The notes beneath the pieces are model-generated. The model saw nothing but the letters and a program-made list of their open reading frames with translations. It did not search any database and was not told where the DNA came from. A stretch of 64,000 nucleotides of DNA, from contig CDRNVI010000190.1 in NCBI GenBank assembly GCA_977017575.1, positions 1 to 64,000 on the forward strand, in the 5' to 3' direction. Positions 53,738 through 64,000 of this stretch are shown piece by piece (within the stretch, counting starts at the first letter, position 1; each line of letters opens with the position of its first letter). Source of the DNA: Paramoeba atlantica. Its lineage: Eukaryota > Protista > Discosea. The position numbers and the translations under genes were made by a program.

Positions 53738-56184
53738 ATGGCAGTGGAACTGGAAGGAAATTGCTGGAAACCAAAAGAGAGACGACCAAAGACAGAGGAT
53801 GAAGAAGAAGCAGTTCAAATTTTTCGAGATTTTCTTCGAATCGATTCTGTTTCCAATCCTGGTCCCCTCGGCTCTTATCGGTCTCGTTTTGTTTCTCTCC
53901 TCTCTCTCTCTCTCTCTTTCTCCTCTCTCTCTCTCCTCTTTTCCCTCTCTCTTCCCTCTCTTCTCTCTCCCCTCTTTGATCTTTTCTGAAAGGGAAAAAA
54001 CAGAAGAGCCACAGATTTTTTAAAGGAACTCTGTTCAAAGAATGGATTACAAAATGTTAGAGAATTCGAACTTGTAAAAGGAAAACCAATCGTCGCTGCC
54101 ACTTGGCCTGGATCTCAACCTGTATATCAATCTTCTTTCTCTTTTTCTCTTTTCTTCTTTTCTTTTCAATAATTATTGAGATTTTTGTTGTAAAAAAGGA
54201 GTTGAAAGGAATTTTATTGAATTCACATTATGATGTTGTACCAGTTGTTCTTTCTGAGTGGCGTACCGATCCCTTTGCGGCTGAATATGATAGGTTTTTC
54301 CTTCTAATTTCAGATCATTTTTTTTGAAATCTTCATCTTTTTCTATCTTTTCTCTTTTTCTCTTTTCTTATTCGCACATCTCATTTTCAACAATAGTGAA
54401 ACAGGCCGAATTTATGGGCGAGGAACACAAGATATGAAGGTTTTTCTTTTTCTGATTGAATTTTCTTCTTGTCCAATCTTTTGTTTGAAAATCCTTTCCT
54501 GAACTATTTTGTCTTTTTGCTCTCTCTTCAATATTTCAGAGCGTTTGTATTCAATATGTATTGGCAATTGGGAGATTGATCAAAGCAAATGTTAAGCCTG
54601 TTCGAACATTTCATCTCAATTTTGTACCAGATGAAGAGGTTTCTTTTTTTATCTTCTCTATCTCGTCTTGTTGTTCATTTTGAGAGATTGTTTCAGTTCT
54701 TTGTTGCATTAGTTCAGAGCCTAAATGAGTAAAACCAATGAATAGGTTGGTGGAAAAGACGGTATGGCCAAATTTGTTAATAGTCACTACTATCGTGAGC
54801 TCAATGTTCTCCTTCTTCTCTCTTTCTCTTCTCTTCTTCTTTCCACTCTTCTCATTCCCTGATTCTCATAGATTGGAATGGCATTGGATGAGGGGTTAGC
54901 AAACACAGAAGATGCATTGACTGTGTTCCATGGTGAGAGAACTGGCCGTTGGTTCTATGTTACTGCAAAAGGTCCAACTGGTCATGGAAGTCGTTTTATT
55001 CCTGGTGAGTTTTTTCTCTTTCTCTTCATATCTTCATTTTTATTTCTCTCTTTTATTCATTATTTTCGTTTATCAGATACTGCTGTGTCAAAATTAATCA
55101 AATTCTGTAACAAAGCGATGGAGTTTCGAAAGGAACAAGAAGAACTTCTTGGATATCAGGTTTTTATTTTTATTTTGAAATGGCAATGAAATAAAAAATT
55201 GAATGGCTCCAATAGGGAGAAGGATGTGCACATGCTCAAGCTAAAAAATTGGGAGATGTGACAACCATCAATTTAACAATGCTTGAAGCTGGTGTGACTT
55301 GTGATGGTGGCAAAACTTACTCTCTCAATGTCATTCCAACGGGTTTGTTTGGATCACCATTTTCCTCAAATTGGATTTTATTGTTATTTTTATTATTATT
55401 TTATTTTTGTCAAATGAAATAAATTTTGTTGATAGATGCTCGTGCTGGGTTTGATATGAGAGTGACACCCAGTTACCCTCTCGATGAGATGCTTTCCAAA
55501 CTTGATGAGTGGGCGAAAGAGGCTGGGGAAGGTGTTGAATGGGCTGATGGTCCAACTTATGAGGTTTTTTCTTTTTTCATTTTGTTTTTTGGGTACAATT
55601 CTTTGAAATCGCTTTGTTTTCAATTTTATTTTTTTTCTGAATGACTGATTCTGATAATTGTTTTCATTGAGAGTAGCCCACAAACCGCCATTTGGTGAGC
55701 AGCATTGGGGAAGACAGTGTTTGGTGGCCAATTGTTGAGAAATCGCTCGTCGAAGTTCTTATTTCTTTTGACATTCTCTCCTTTTTTCAATTTTTAAGAA
55801 ACTTTATCAGGCCAGTGGAAAAGTTGTGATTCCAGAGATTTTCCCTCTGGCCAGTGACTCTCGTTTTGTTCGTCAGGTTTCTCTCTCTCTCTTTGTCATT
55901 TGTTATTATCTAAAAGAGAAATTGGATGACGGAAGACGAAACTGACTGAAAAACATTCAGGTTGATGTGCCCGCTTTTGGTTTCTCCCCAATGGCAAACA
56001 CTCCAATGCTCCTTCATGAGCACAATGAGTATATTGATGTTGGGGTTTACCTTGAGGTTTTTTCACAAACAATATTCATTTATCTCTTTAGATTGATGTT
56101 AATGAGGGATATTTTTAGGGAATCGACATTTATGAGAAGTTTTTACACCAACTCGGAGTGGTTGAAAAACTCAAAGGTGAATGA
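53738..56184 (+). CDS. ACY1: Aminoacylase-1 (peptidase M20A), many exons
   Basis: AVQIFRDFLRIDSV, LLNSHYDVVPV, IYGRGTQDMK, FVPDEE, ALDEG, GPTGHGSRF, LLHEHNEY and terminal GIDIYEKFLHQL...KGE*. Confidence 0.93.
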
Positions 56185-56347
56185 AGATGCTTGAGTTATG
56201 GTAAGAAAACTCAGGAAAATGAGAGATCAAAAAAAACATTGATTCCAAGAAAAAAATAAATTACAATTCAAAGAAGGAACAGCAAGAGAAGAACAGAAAG
56301 AAAGGAAAATCACTAGTCAGATTGTTCTTTGAAAACAGCAGCAGGTT

Positions 56348-56791
56348 TTATCCCCTTTTTGCTGGTTTGAAGAGAACTTCGCGTAAATTCTCTTTGAAAA
56401 ATTGTTCAATCTTTGGAAATTCTTCAATTTCTGCTCCCGCACCAAATTTCCAAACACAATCTCTTTCTTTCAGTTTTAACTTTTCAATCAAATCTTCTTC
56501 CAGTTTCGCATCACCCGGATCAACCCAAAAATACACAAATTTTCCTTCGAGACCCCCTAAACGAGATATCTCATCCTCAAAGTGCTTCAGTGTCCCTTCT
56601 ATCATTCTTGGATTCGTCGAAAACACATGGTCTGGGAACAAAAGAATTCCTTCTATTTCATCAGAGAAGGAACCTCGGAATTCAAGATCTACTTTGTGGC
56701 GTTCGAAAAATGACAAATCATCTTCTTCTGAAGGATCATGCAGGACAAAAATAACAGGTTTGGAATCAGAATCTCCTTTTGGATCTGCCAT
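56348..56791 (-). CDS. Uncharacterised 147-aa protein, family copy B1
   Basis: Intact ORF sharing DSKP..FV, GILLFP, YFWVDP.D, ER..VWKFGA and KIEQFFKENL...KPAKR with A1-A3. Confidence 0.8.
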   Translation of the reverse strand: MADPKGDSDSKPVIFVLHDPSEEDDLSFFERHKVDLEFRGSFSDEIEGILLFPDHVFSTNPRMIEGTLKHFEDEISRLGGLEGKFVYFWVDPGDAKLEEDLIEKLKLKERDCVWKFGAGAEIEEFPKIEQFFKENLREVLFKPAKRG

Positions 56792-57090
56792 CTTAATCTT
56801 CCCTCCACCTTGGAGGATCTCTTTGATTGGAATTTGGAAGAAAACAGAAGAAAGAGAAAAAAGCTCTTCTCAGTCTGTGGGGGTGATTATTAATTCGTGT
56901 GGCGAAAAGAAGAAAACAGAAAAAGAAAGAAAGAGTGGTCTTTTAAATTATTTCCGTTGCTTATTTTTGGCGACTCAAAAGGATTATGAACAAAATGATT
57001 TTAAAAAACTGTGAACAAGGAGATCTTCCCTCTTCTCGAGTTTTCTCTTCGCCATTTGAGACACAAAGATCTGACATTCAAAAAAGAGAT

Positions 57091-57532
57091 TTAGTCTCTT
57101 TTTGCTGGTTTGAGGGAAAATTGTTGCAAATTCTCTTTGAAAAATTGTTCAATCTTTGGAAATTCTTCAGTGTCTCTTCCAGCACCAAATTTCCAAACAC
57201 AACCTCTTTCTTTCAGTTTTAACCTTTCAATCAAGTCTTCTTCCAGTTTCGCATCACTCGGACCAACCCAAAGATACACAAATTTTCCTTCAAGACCCCC
57301 TAAACGAGATCTCACCCTCAAAATGCCTCAGTGCCCTTTCCAGTGTTTTTCGATTCGTTGAAAGGACAGTGTCTGGGAACAAAAGAATTCCTTCTGTTTC
57401 ATCAGAGAAGGAATCTCTGAATTCAAGATCCAATTTGGGGCGTTCGAAAAATGGCAAAAAGTCTTCTTCTGAAGCATCGCTCAGGACAAAAATAACAGGT
57501 TTGGAATCAGAATCTCCTTTTGGATCTGCCAT
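57091..57532 (-). pseudogene. Family copy B2, frameshifted
   Basis: 2-bp deletion near 57310 (gagatatctcgt in B1 versus gagatctcgt) splits the ORF into 57290-57532 and 57091-57321. Confidence 0.7.
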
Positions 57533-57950
57533 CTTAATCTTCCTTCCACCTTGGAGGATCTCTTTGATTTGAATTTGGAAGAAAACAAGAAGAAAAGAAA
57601 AAAGCTCTTCTCAGTCTTGGGGGGAGAATTAGTTCGTCGTGTGGCGAAAAGAAGAACAGAAAAGAAACGAGAGAGTGGCCAAATTTTTTTGTTTTCCCTC
57701 TGATTTGTGGACATTTATTTGTGTAATTTTGTCTCTTTAGTCTTTGGTTCGTTGGTTTGCAAATTCTTCTGAAAAGAAAAACAGAAAAAGAAAGAAAGAA
57801 AAGGAGAGAGTGACCAATTTTTTGACATCAAAAAAATGACTCTTTTGTGTTATTTTTGAAATAGGATTTCAAAAAACTGTGAACAAGGAGATCTTCCCTC
57901 TTCTCGAGTTTTCTCTTCGCCATTTGAAACACAAAGATCTGACTTTCATA

Positions 57951-58391
57951 TTAGTCTCTTTTTGCTGGTTTGAAGAGAGCTTGGCGGCAATTCTCTTTGA
58001 AAAATTGTTCAATCTTTGGAAATTCTTCATTTTGTGCTCCAGCACCAAATTTCCAAACACAACCTCTTTCTTTCAGTTTTAACCTTTCAATCAAGTCTTC
58101 TTCCAGTTTCGCATCACCCGGATCAACCCAAAAATACACAAATTTTCCTTCAAGACCCCCTGAACGAGATATCTTATCCTCAAAATGTTTCAGTGTCCTT
58201 TCCATCGTTCTTGGATCCGTTGAAAGCACATTGTCTGGGAACAAAAGAATTCCTTCTATTTCGTCAGAGAAGGAATCTCTGAATTCAAGATCCACTTTGG
58301 GGCGTTTGAAAAATGACAAACCGTCTTCTTCAATATCGTTCAGGACAAAAATAACAGGTTTGGAATCAGAATCTCCTTTTGGATCTGCCAT
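57951..58391 (-). CDS. Uncharacterised 146-aa protein, family copy B3
   Basis: Intact ORF from ATG 58391, MADPKGDSDSKPVIFV...KPAKRD. Confidence 0.8.
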   Translation of the reverse strand: MADPKGDSDSKPVIFVLNDIEEDGLSFFKRPKVDLEFRDSFSDEIEGILLFPDNVLSTDPRTMERTLKHFEDKISRSGGLEGKFVYFWVDPGDAKLEEDLIERLKLKERGCVWKFGAGAQNEEFPKIEQFFKENCRQALFKPAKRD

Positions 58392-58714
58392 CTTGGCCTT
58401 CCCTCCACCTTCGAGGATCTCTTTGATTGGAAATTGGAAGAAAACAAAAGAAAGAGAAAGATCTTCCCAGTCTGAATAATTCGTGTGGCGAAAAGAAAAC
58501 AGAAAAAGAAAGAAAGAGTGGCCAAATTTTTTTGCGTTGATTATTTTCGCTGAGCATTTTATCTCAAAAAGAAACTTGTTTTCCCCCTCTTTTTTGACAA
58601 TTCCAATATGATTCATGTTGAACGTGATGTAAATGTGATTTCAAAAAACTGTGAACAAGGAGATCTTTCTTCTTCTCGAGTTTTCTCTTCACCATTTGAA
58701 ACACAAGGATCAAA

Positions 58715-59143
58715 TTAGTCTCTTTTTGTTGGTTTGAGGAAAACTTGGCGTAAATTCTCTTTGAAAAATTGTTCAATTTTTGGAACTTCTTCATAATCTT
58801 CTCCCACACCAAATTTCCAACACAACCTCTTTCTTTCAGTTTTAACTTTTCAATCAAGTCTTCTTCCAGTTTCGCATCACTGGGATTAACCCAAACATAC
58901 ACAAATTTTCCTTTAATGTCGCCCAAAGAAGATAACTTCTCTTGAAAAAATTCCAGGGCGCTTTGGTACTGCCTTTTCCCCAATCGCAAGAACATCGGAG
59001 GGGTAGAGAAGAATTGCTTCTTGGTTCGAGAAAGACTCCTCTGCTTTCAAAGAGAATTGGTGTTGCATTAAGACCCCAAGAACAGCTTCTGATTCACTTA
59101 TGACATAAACTGTGACTTTTGGCTCTTCCATTTCTGCGATCAT
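58715..59143 (-). pseudogene. Family copy B4 (most divergent); two single-base homopolymer frameshifts (pseudogene or assembly error)
   Basis: One extra base in ggggaaaagg near 58975 and one missing base near 58819 (ttccaacac versus ttccaaacac in B3). Correcting both restores colinearity with B1 and B3. Confidence 0.6.
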
Positions 59144-59466
59144 ACACCTCTCTTTCTGTGTTCGTGAGCAAAAGTTTTTGGATGAAACAAACAAAATTTT
59201 TAAACAAATTTCAAAAAAAACAAAGACAAAAATCGACAAAAAAATTCTTTTCAGCACCAAAAAAATTCAGAAAAAAGAATTTTCAGGGCCGAATTCAACG
59301 CAGAAACGAAAAAGAGGGGCTAATATTTTTGCTGACGTCATTCTTTTTTTTTGTTTCCTTTTGTTTTGTTTTTTTTTGGATTTTTTTGGATCCGCTTTTT
59401 TAAACTTGGGACGACGAGAAAAGAAGAGAGAGAGAAAGAAAATAGAAGAAAGAGAGAGATAAAAGT

Positions 59467-61725
59467 ATGATTGGAAAGAAACAAAGAGAAGAAAAGAAGG
59501 CGAGATGGAGGGATGAAGTGAGTAGATTACCCGGAGAAGTGGAAGAGGTGGCGCTGGATGTTTACTATTTGCGCCACCTTCCTTCCGAGAGTGGTTCTGT
59601 TTCTGTTCAGTTGAAGATCTCAAATTATAGAATTTGGACAATTGGTTCTGTTCAGGTTTTTTTTTGTTCTCATTTTGTGTGTTTTGATTTGGGATTTTTT
59701 CTCAATCAAAAATAGATTTCGTTTTATCTTGGGGACGTGTCAAGGTTTGAGGTGGAGGAGAGAGGATCGTCAAACATTTTGACTCTTCATTTTCGAGATA
59801 CCCACATTGAGAGATTTCAGGTAATTTCATTTTCAAAAAAAATCGATTCATTTAAAAGGCTCACTTGTAAAATCACAGTTCCCATCCAAGTTCCAAAAAG
59901 TAATTCAAAGCAAGTTTCTCAAGAATATCTCTCCAAAATCGATCTCAAATTTGTATGCTTTTCAGTACAGCAAAGCAAAATTTGGGCAAAAGAGAGATCC
60001 TTTGTGGAATTTGTTTGATCTCCGCCAAGAATTTGAAGTGCGGATGGGTGTTTCTGGTCAATGGATTTTGAATACTGAAGCTAACCGGTACCATTTTTTC
60101 TTTCTTTTCAAACAAAAGAACAAGAAGAAATTGAAAGGATCAAAGACAACTCTTTTTTTTTTTTGAAAGAGGTCGGAAAGAGTCTTTGCCAAACTGATAT
60201 TTCCCCTTCCCAAGGTCTTATGAACTCTGCCAATTTTATCCCCAACGATTTTATGTTCCTGCAAATGTCCAAAATCACGATTTATTTCGAGCTTCATTTT
60301 ATAGGTTTGTTGAATCATTCGTTCTTCTCTCTTTTCTTTCTCAACATTGAGCGTGAAAGTTTTATTCAATTTGGTTCTCTCATTCTTGTAGAGTCGAAGG
60401 GAGAGTTCCTTTGTTATGTTGGAGGTCTCCAGGGGCAGTTATTTGTCGTGCATCTCGCCCTGATCCTCTTTTATTAGTTGATTTGGTTTGATCTTGTTTT
60501 CTAGTTTTTGTTTTGTGCAACCTCCATTTTATTGTGTGTTTTTCCAATTGTTTTTCGAAATATATTTCTCAAATTAAAGAATAATTTTAGGTCGGGATGA
60601 CACCAGTCCGGAATGAGCCTGATCGAAGAATTATTCAACATATTCGTCAAGCTTCACATTCAAAACAGGTTTTTTATCGAGTTGTACTTGTTTTTTCCCT
60701 TTTTTTGTTTTCTTATTTTTTTGAACAGCTTTGGATTTTAAATGTAGTTGGTCTGGAGGAGGAGACAGTCGAAAACAAATGGAATTTGGAACGAAAATCG
60801 AAGAATATTCTTCAATATCAATATTTTTCTTCGGGAGAAACGAATGCACAACTTTTTGTCGAGTTACATGAAATGCGTGCATGTCGGGGTGACTCTCGAG
60901 AACTCACGAGTAAAAATGGATGGTTTCAGAATCTCGACAAATTGCTGGTAATTACATCCGAGTTTGCCAGGCGAATCCGTGATGATTCCACTTCTTTAGT
61001 AATTCAGAGTCAGAAGAATGATGAGATTTGTGCTCAACTTTCCTCTTTGATTCAGGTTGAGTTTGAAAAAACTTTTTTGTCGTTTCCTCTCAATTTTTTA
61101 TTCATATTTTTGGTTATGATAATAGTTGATGGTTGATCCATATTATCGTACAATGAAAGGGTTTGGAGTCTTGGTGGAAAAGGAGTGGATGTATTTGGGT
61201 CATAAATTCTGTGATTTCACAGAACCTGAAGTTTCTTTCCTCGACATGTTAATGAACTGGAAGGATCCTCAACAAGAACAACCTACCTATGCAGCGACAT
61301 GGTTCCTCTTTCTTGATGCTGTGTCTCAACTTTTAAGATCTCATCCTGAGTTCTTTGAGTTTAATGAAAGTTTTTTGGTTTTTCTTGTGGATCACACATT
61401 TTCTTGTCGTTTCGGAAACTTTTTGACTTCTTGCGAGAAAGAACGTCGAAGTGCTAAAATTGTTCAAAAGACTGGTTTCTCTTTTTTTTCCCTTTTTCTT
61501 TCTTTTTCTTCTCCTTTTTTTAATTATCTTTTTTTAGCTTCAATTTGGGGTTATCTCTTCGAAAACGCAAAAGACTTCGTAAATCCGTTTTACCAATCAG
61601 AGACCCTGAATCTAAAGAAAGATTTCCCACTTGAAGTTGTTGGGGGTATGAATGTTGGACTTTGGGATTCACTCTATTTTCGCCACGCTTTTGTGGATCC
61701 TCTTTCTTCACAAAATAATGATTGA
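59467..61725 (+). CDS. Myotubularin-related pseudophosphatase (GRAM/PH + inactive PTP), multi-exon
   Basis: LPGE...LKISNYRI, DPYYRTMKGFGVLVEKEW..GHKF, FLDAVSQL...FEFNE and SCRFGNFL..CEKER. The P-loop reads QSQKNDEIC instead of HCSDGWDRT. Confidence 0.88.
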
Positions 61726-62149
61726 GGAAGGTGGGGGGGGATGTTGAAGTTTGGAATATATCCGATATGAGATTTCTTGTAGTGTGAGCTGGAAGAAATT
61801 TTGATGAAGGGAAAGGGATTGCGATATCTGTTCTTTCATTTTTTTGTGAGTGTGATCTTTTGGAACAAAAATCCTATTTAATTTTTAATTATCGTCAATA
61901 TTTTTTTGTGTTTTGTTTGGATAAAATAAAAAGGTTTAGATATTATCAAAAAATGATTGTGGAGAAAGTCAAGGGTGAAGCTTTAAAGTGATTTTATGTC
62001 ATGATATTCCAAAACTGTTTAAGTTTCGATTCTCCAAACTCACCACTCATTTTTTCCAATTTCGAGAGTGATAAATCCTCCAATTCTTCGATCATCATTA
62101 TGAATACACAAAACAAAATAAAAAATCCTTTTTCTCCCTGATAAAAAAT

Positions 62150-63775
62150 CTATTTAGAAATAGGAGGAGTATATTTCCACACCCTCATCGTCTTATCAGC
62201 AGAACCACTCAAAATGAGACCACTCGGCATCGCAAACATAGCTGTCACCCCATCCAAATGTCCCAAGAATTTGCACACAATTTTTCCGGTCTCTAATCCC
62301 CACATAACAATCGACGAATCATAAGAAGCACTAACAATATACAAATTTTTGGAGATAGCAACTTGTGTGATGGCCTCTTTGTGTCCATTCAGAGCTGCAA
62401 GGAACTTCGGGACCCCTGTTGGGCCATTCGGTGTTTCAGAGACCACAACTTTCCAAATTCGAAGAGATGTATCTGATGAACCACTCACAAAACATCCTTG
62501 TGTCCCTGTTCCAATCTTTTTTGTCAGAGATTTATGGGGGGAAAATGGGATTTAAATAAAAACAAAAATAAACCAGGAATTAAAGCAATTGAATTCACAG
62601 GGCCAGTGTGCCCACTCAAAGTTGCCAAACAGGCGTCAGAGGTCAAATCCCAAAATCGAACTGTTTGATCAGAGCTTCCACTCATCAGATAGTTGCTGTT
62701 TTCATGAAGCTCCATGCAATTTACTGTATCAGTATGTCCCTTTAATGTCGAGATACACTCGATCGCGTCTTCATCTTTCGTCACTCGGCAAACGAGAATT
62801 TGTCCGCCTGATGTACCACACAAGATTCGCTTGTCAGCATTAACCATCACACATTTAAGTCCGTCTGAACAACGAAGAGTTCCATAACAATCCACTTCTA
62901 TTTTATTTTATTTTGATCGCTTATTAATGATTGAAAAAAGAAAGCGAAAATAAAAGCGAACTCTTGGGAGAAGGGGAAAGAAAGAAAAGAAAGAAAATTG
63001 TAAAAAAAAAAAAAAGATACCAACACCCCCTTTCCGCAGCTCAACAATCTTCCAGACCTTCATAGTTTTATCCAGGGAAACAGACACAATCCGAGAAGGT
63101 GCTAACTCTGCAGCACCTGTCACTGGGCCAGTATGACCACACATTGTCGCAATACACTGTCCACCACTCGCATCATCAATCTCCCACATGATTTCCCATA
63201 ATCGAATTGTCTTGTCTGTAGAAGTTGAAACGACTTCTCCTGTGGAAAGAGATGTGATACTTAAGATGGCGTCTGTGTGAGCGTCAAATGTGTCAGCGGA
63301 ATAGCAGAGACAACAAGCTCGAACTGGGAAGTTGTGGTTCAAGATTGCTGGAAATGGAACTTCTTTATTTGGAGGACAACAATCATTACAAAATATTCTT
63401 CCACAAAGACGGCAGTGATGCTGTTGTTCTTCGATGGTGAGTGATCCATTCTTGATCAATCAAAAAGAAGAAGAAAAAAACTTACCCGTCGAACAACAAC
63501 AGAGAAATTAGTGTGACAATGAAAACAAGATTGATGAGCATCATCATCTGCCCATTCTAAGCCCCTCATTTTGAGATTTTGAATATCCCTTGCTCTTAAT
63601 GATGCATCTCCTCCTCCCACTCGAGATTTAGGTGCTTCTTCAACCACTTCAAACTCCGCTATTAGTGTTTGTTTGAAATGATCGAAAGGAATAAAAAGAA
63701 AAAAAGAAAGAAAAAAAAAAGAAGAGAAAAAAAGAAAAAAAAAGAGTTGGGAGAAAAGTGGGTACCATTCGGCAT
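62150..63775 (-). CDS. FYVE + WD40 repeat protein, multi-exon
   Basis: WADD..C..C..FSVVVRR|HHCRLCGRIFCNDCC...RACCLC, followed by about 7 WD repeats (GHTGPV, DKTMKVW, GHTDTV, SDQTVRFWD, ADKTMRVW). Start at ATG 63775 is tentative. Confidence 0.85.
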
Positions 63776-64000
63776 GGGGGAAGGAGAGCGATTTGAAGAA
63801 GAGGAAGAGGAAGAGGAAGAGGAAGAGGAAGAACAAGAAGGGGCCGCGAGAGAATCAGAACCACCAAACCATCGAGAAATCGAAGCTTCAATTTGTTGTT
63901 CTTTTGATTTTGATTGCTTCTTTTCGACAATTGACACTCTCACTGGCTATTGTTTTTTTTTTTTCCTTTCAGTTTCTTTTTCTCTGTTTGTTTGATCTTT

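Noticed and set aside
9384-63775. Apparent cluster of endosome/actin genes (WASH1, cofilin, IQGAP-like, Ras-FYVE, myotubularin, FYVE-WD40)
   Set aside because: They are interspersed with unrelated housekeeping genes, and amoeboid genomes are rich in these families. There is no evidence of co-regulation without a genome-wide enrichment test.
1-64000. Non-standard genetic code, rRNA/tRNA genes, transposases or viral genes
   Set aside because: Conserved genes translate and terminate normally with TAA, TAG and TGA. I recognised no RNA-gene, transposase, reverse-transcriptase or capsid signatures by eye; tRNAscan-SE, Infernal and RepeatMasker would be needed to exclude them formally.

Overview
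This is compact, AT-rich, intron-rich eukaryotic nuclear DNA. A Dictyostelium-type STAT, an IQGAP/DGAP1-like RasGAP, WASH1 and Grl/GABA-B-type class C GPCRs point to an amoebozoan; this is inference from remembered motifs, as no search was run. I read about 31 protein-coding gene copies at 25 loci, mostly in head-to-head or tail-to-tail pairs. I saw no rRNA, tRNA, CRISPR array or transposase. Housekeeping genes include CDC40, WASH1, PTS, eIF2B-gamma, cofilin, eIF2-alpha, PDAT and ACY1. The most unusual elements are: (1) two class C 7TM receptors with non-Venus-flytrap sensor ectodomains, one a PstS-like phosphate-binding domain with most phosphate ligands intact and one an alpha2delta/CACHD1-like VWA+dCache ectodomain retaining most of the amino-acid-binding motif; (2) a protein combining an atypical Ras domain, a capping-protein-interaction motif, FAM21 LFa-like repeats and a FYVE domain; (3) an eIF2-alpha with Asn at conserved Glu49 and apparently no acidic tail; (4) a seven-copy uncharacterised ~145-aa family in two tandem arrays, one of which co-duplicated CDC40 exon 1; (5) an intron-rich secreted protease built from bacterial-type domains and flanked by a 97-bp direct repeat. 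Several single-base frameshifts fall in homopolymers, so assembly indels are likely. Exon boundaries were read by eye and coordinates of multi-exon genes are approximate gene spans.
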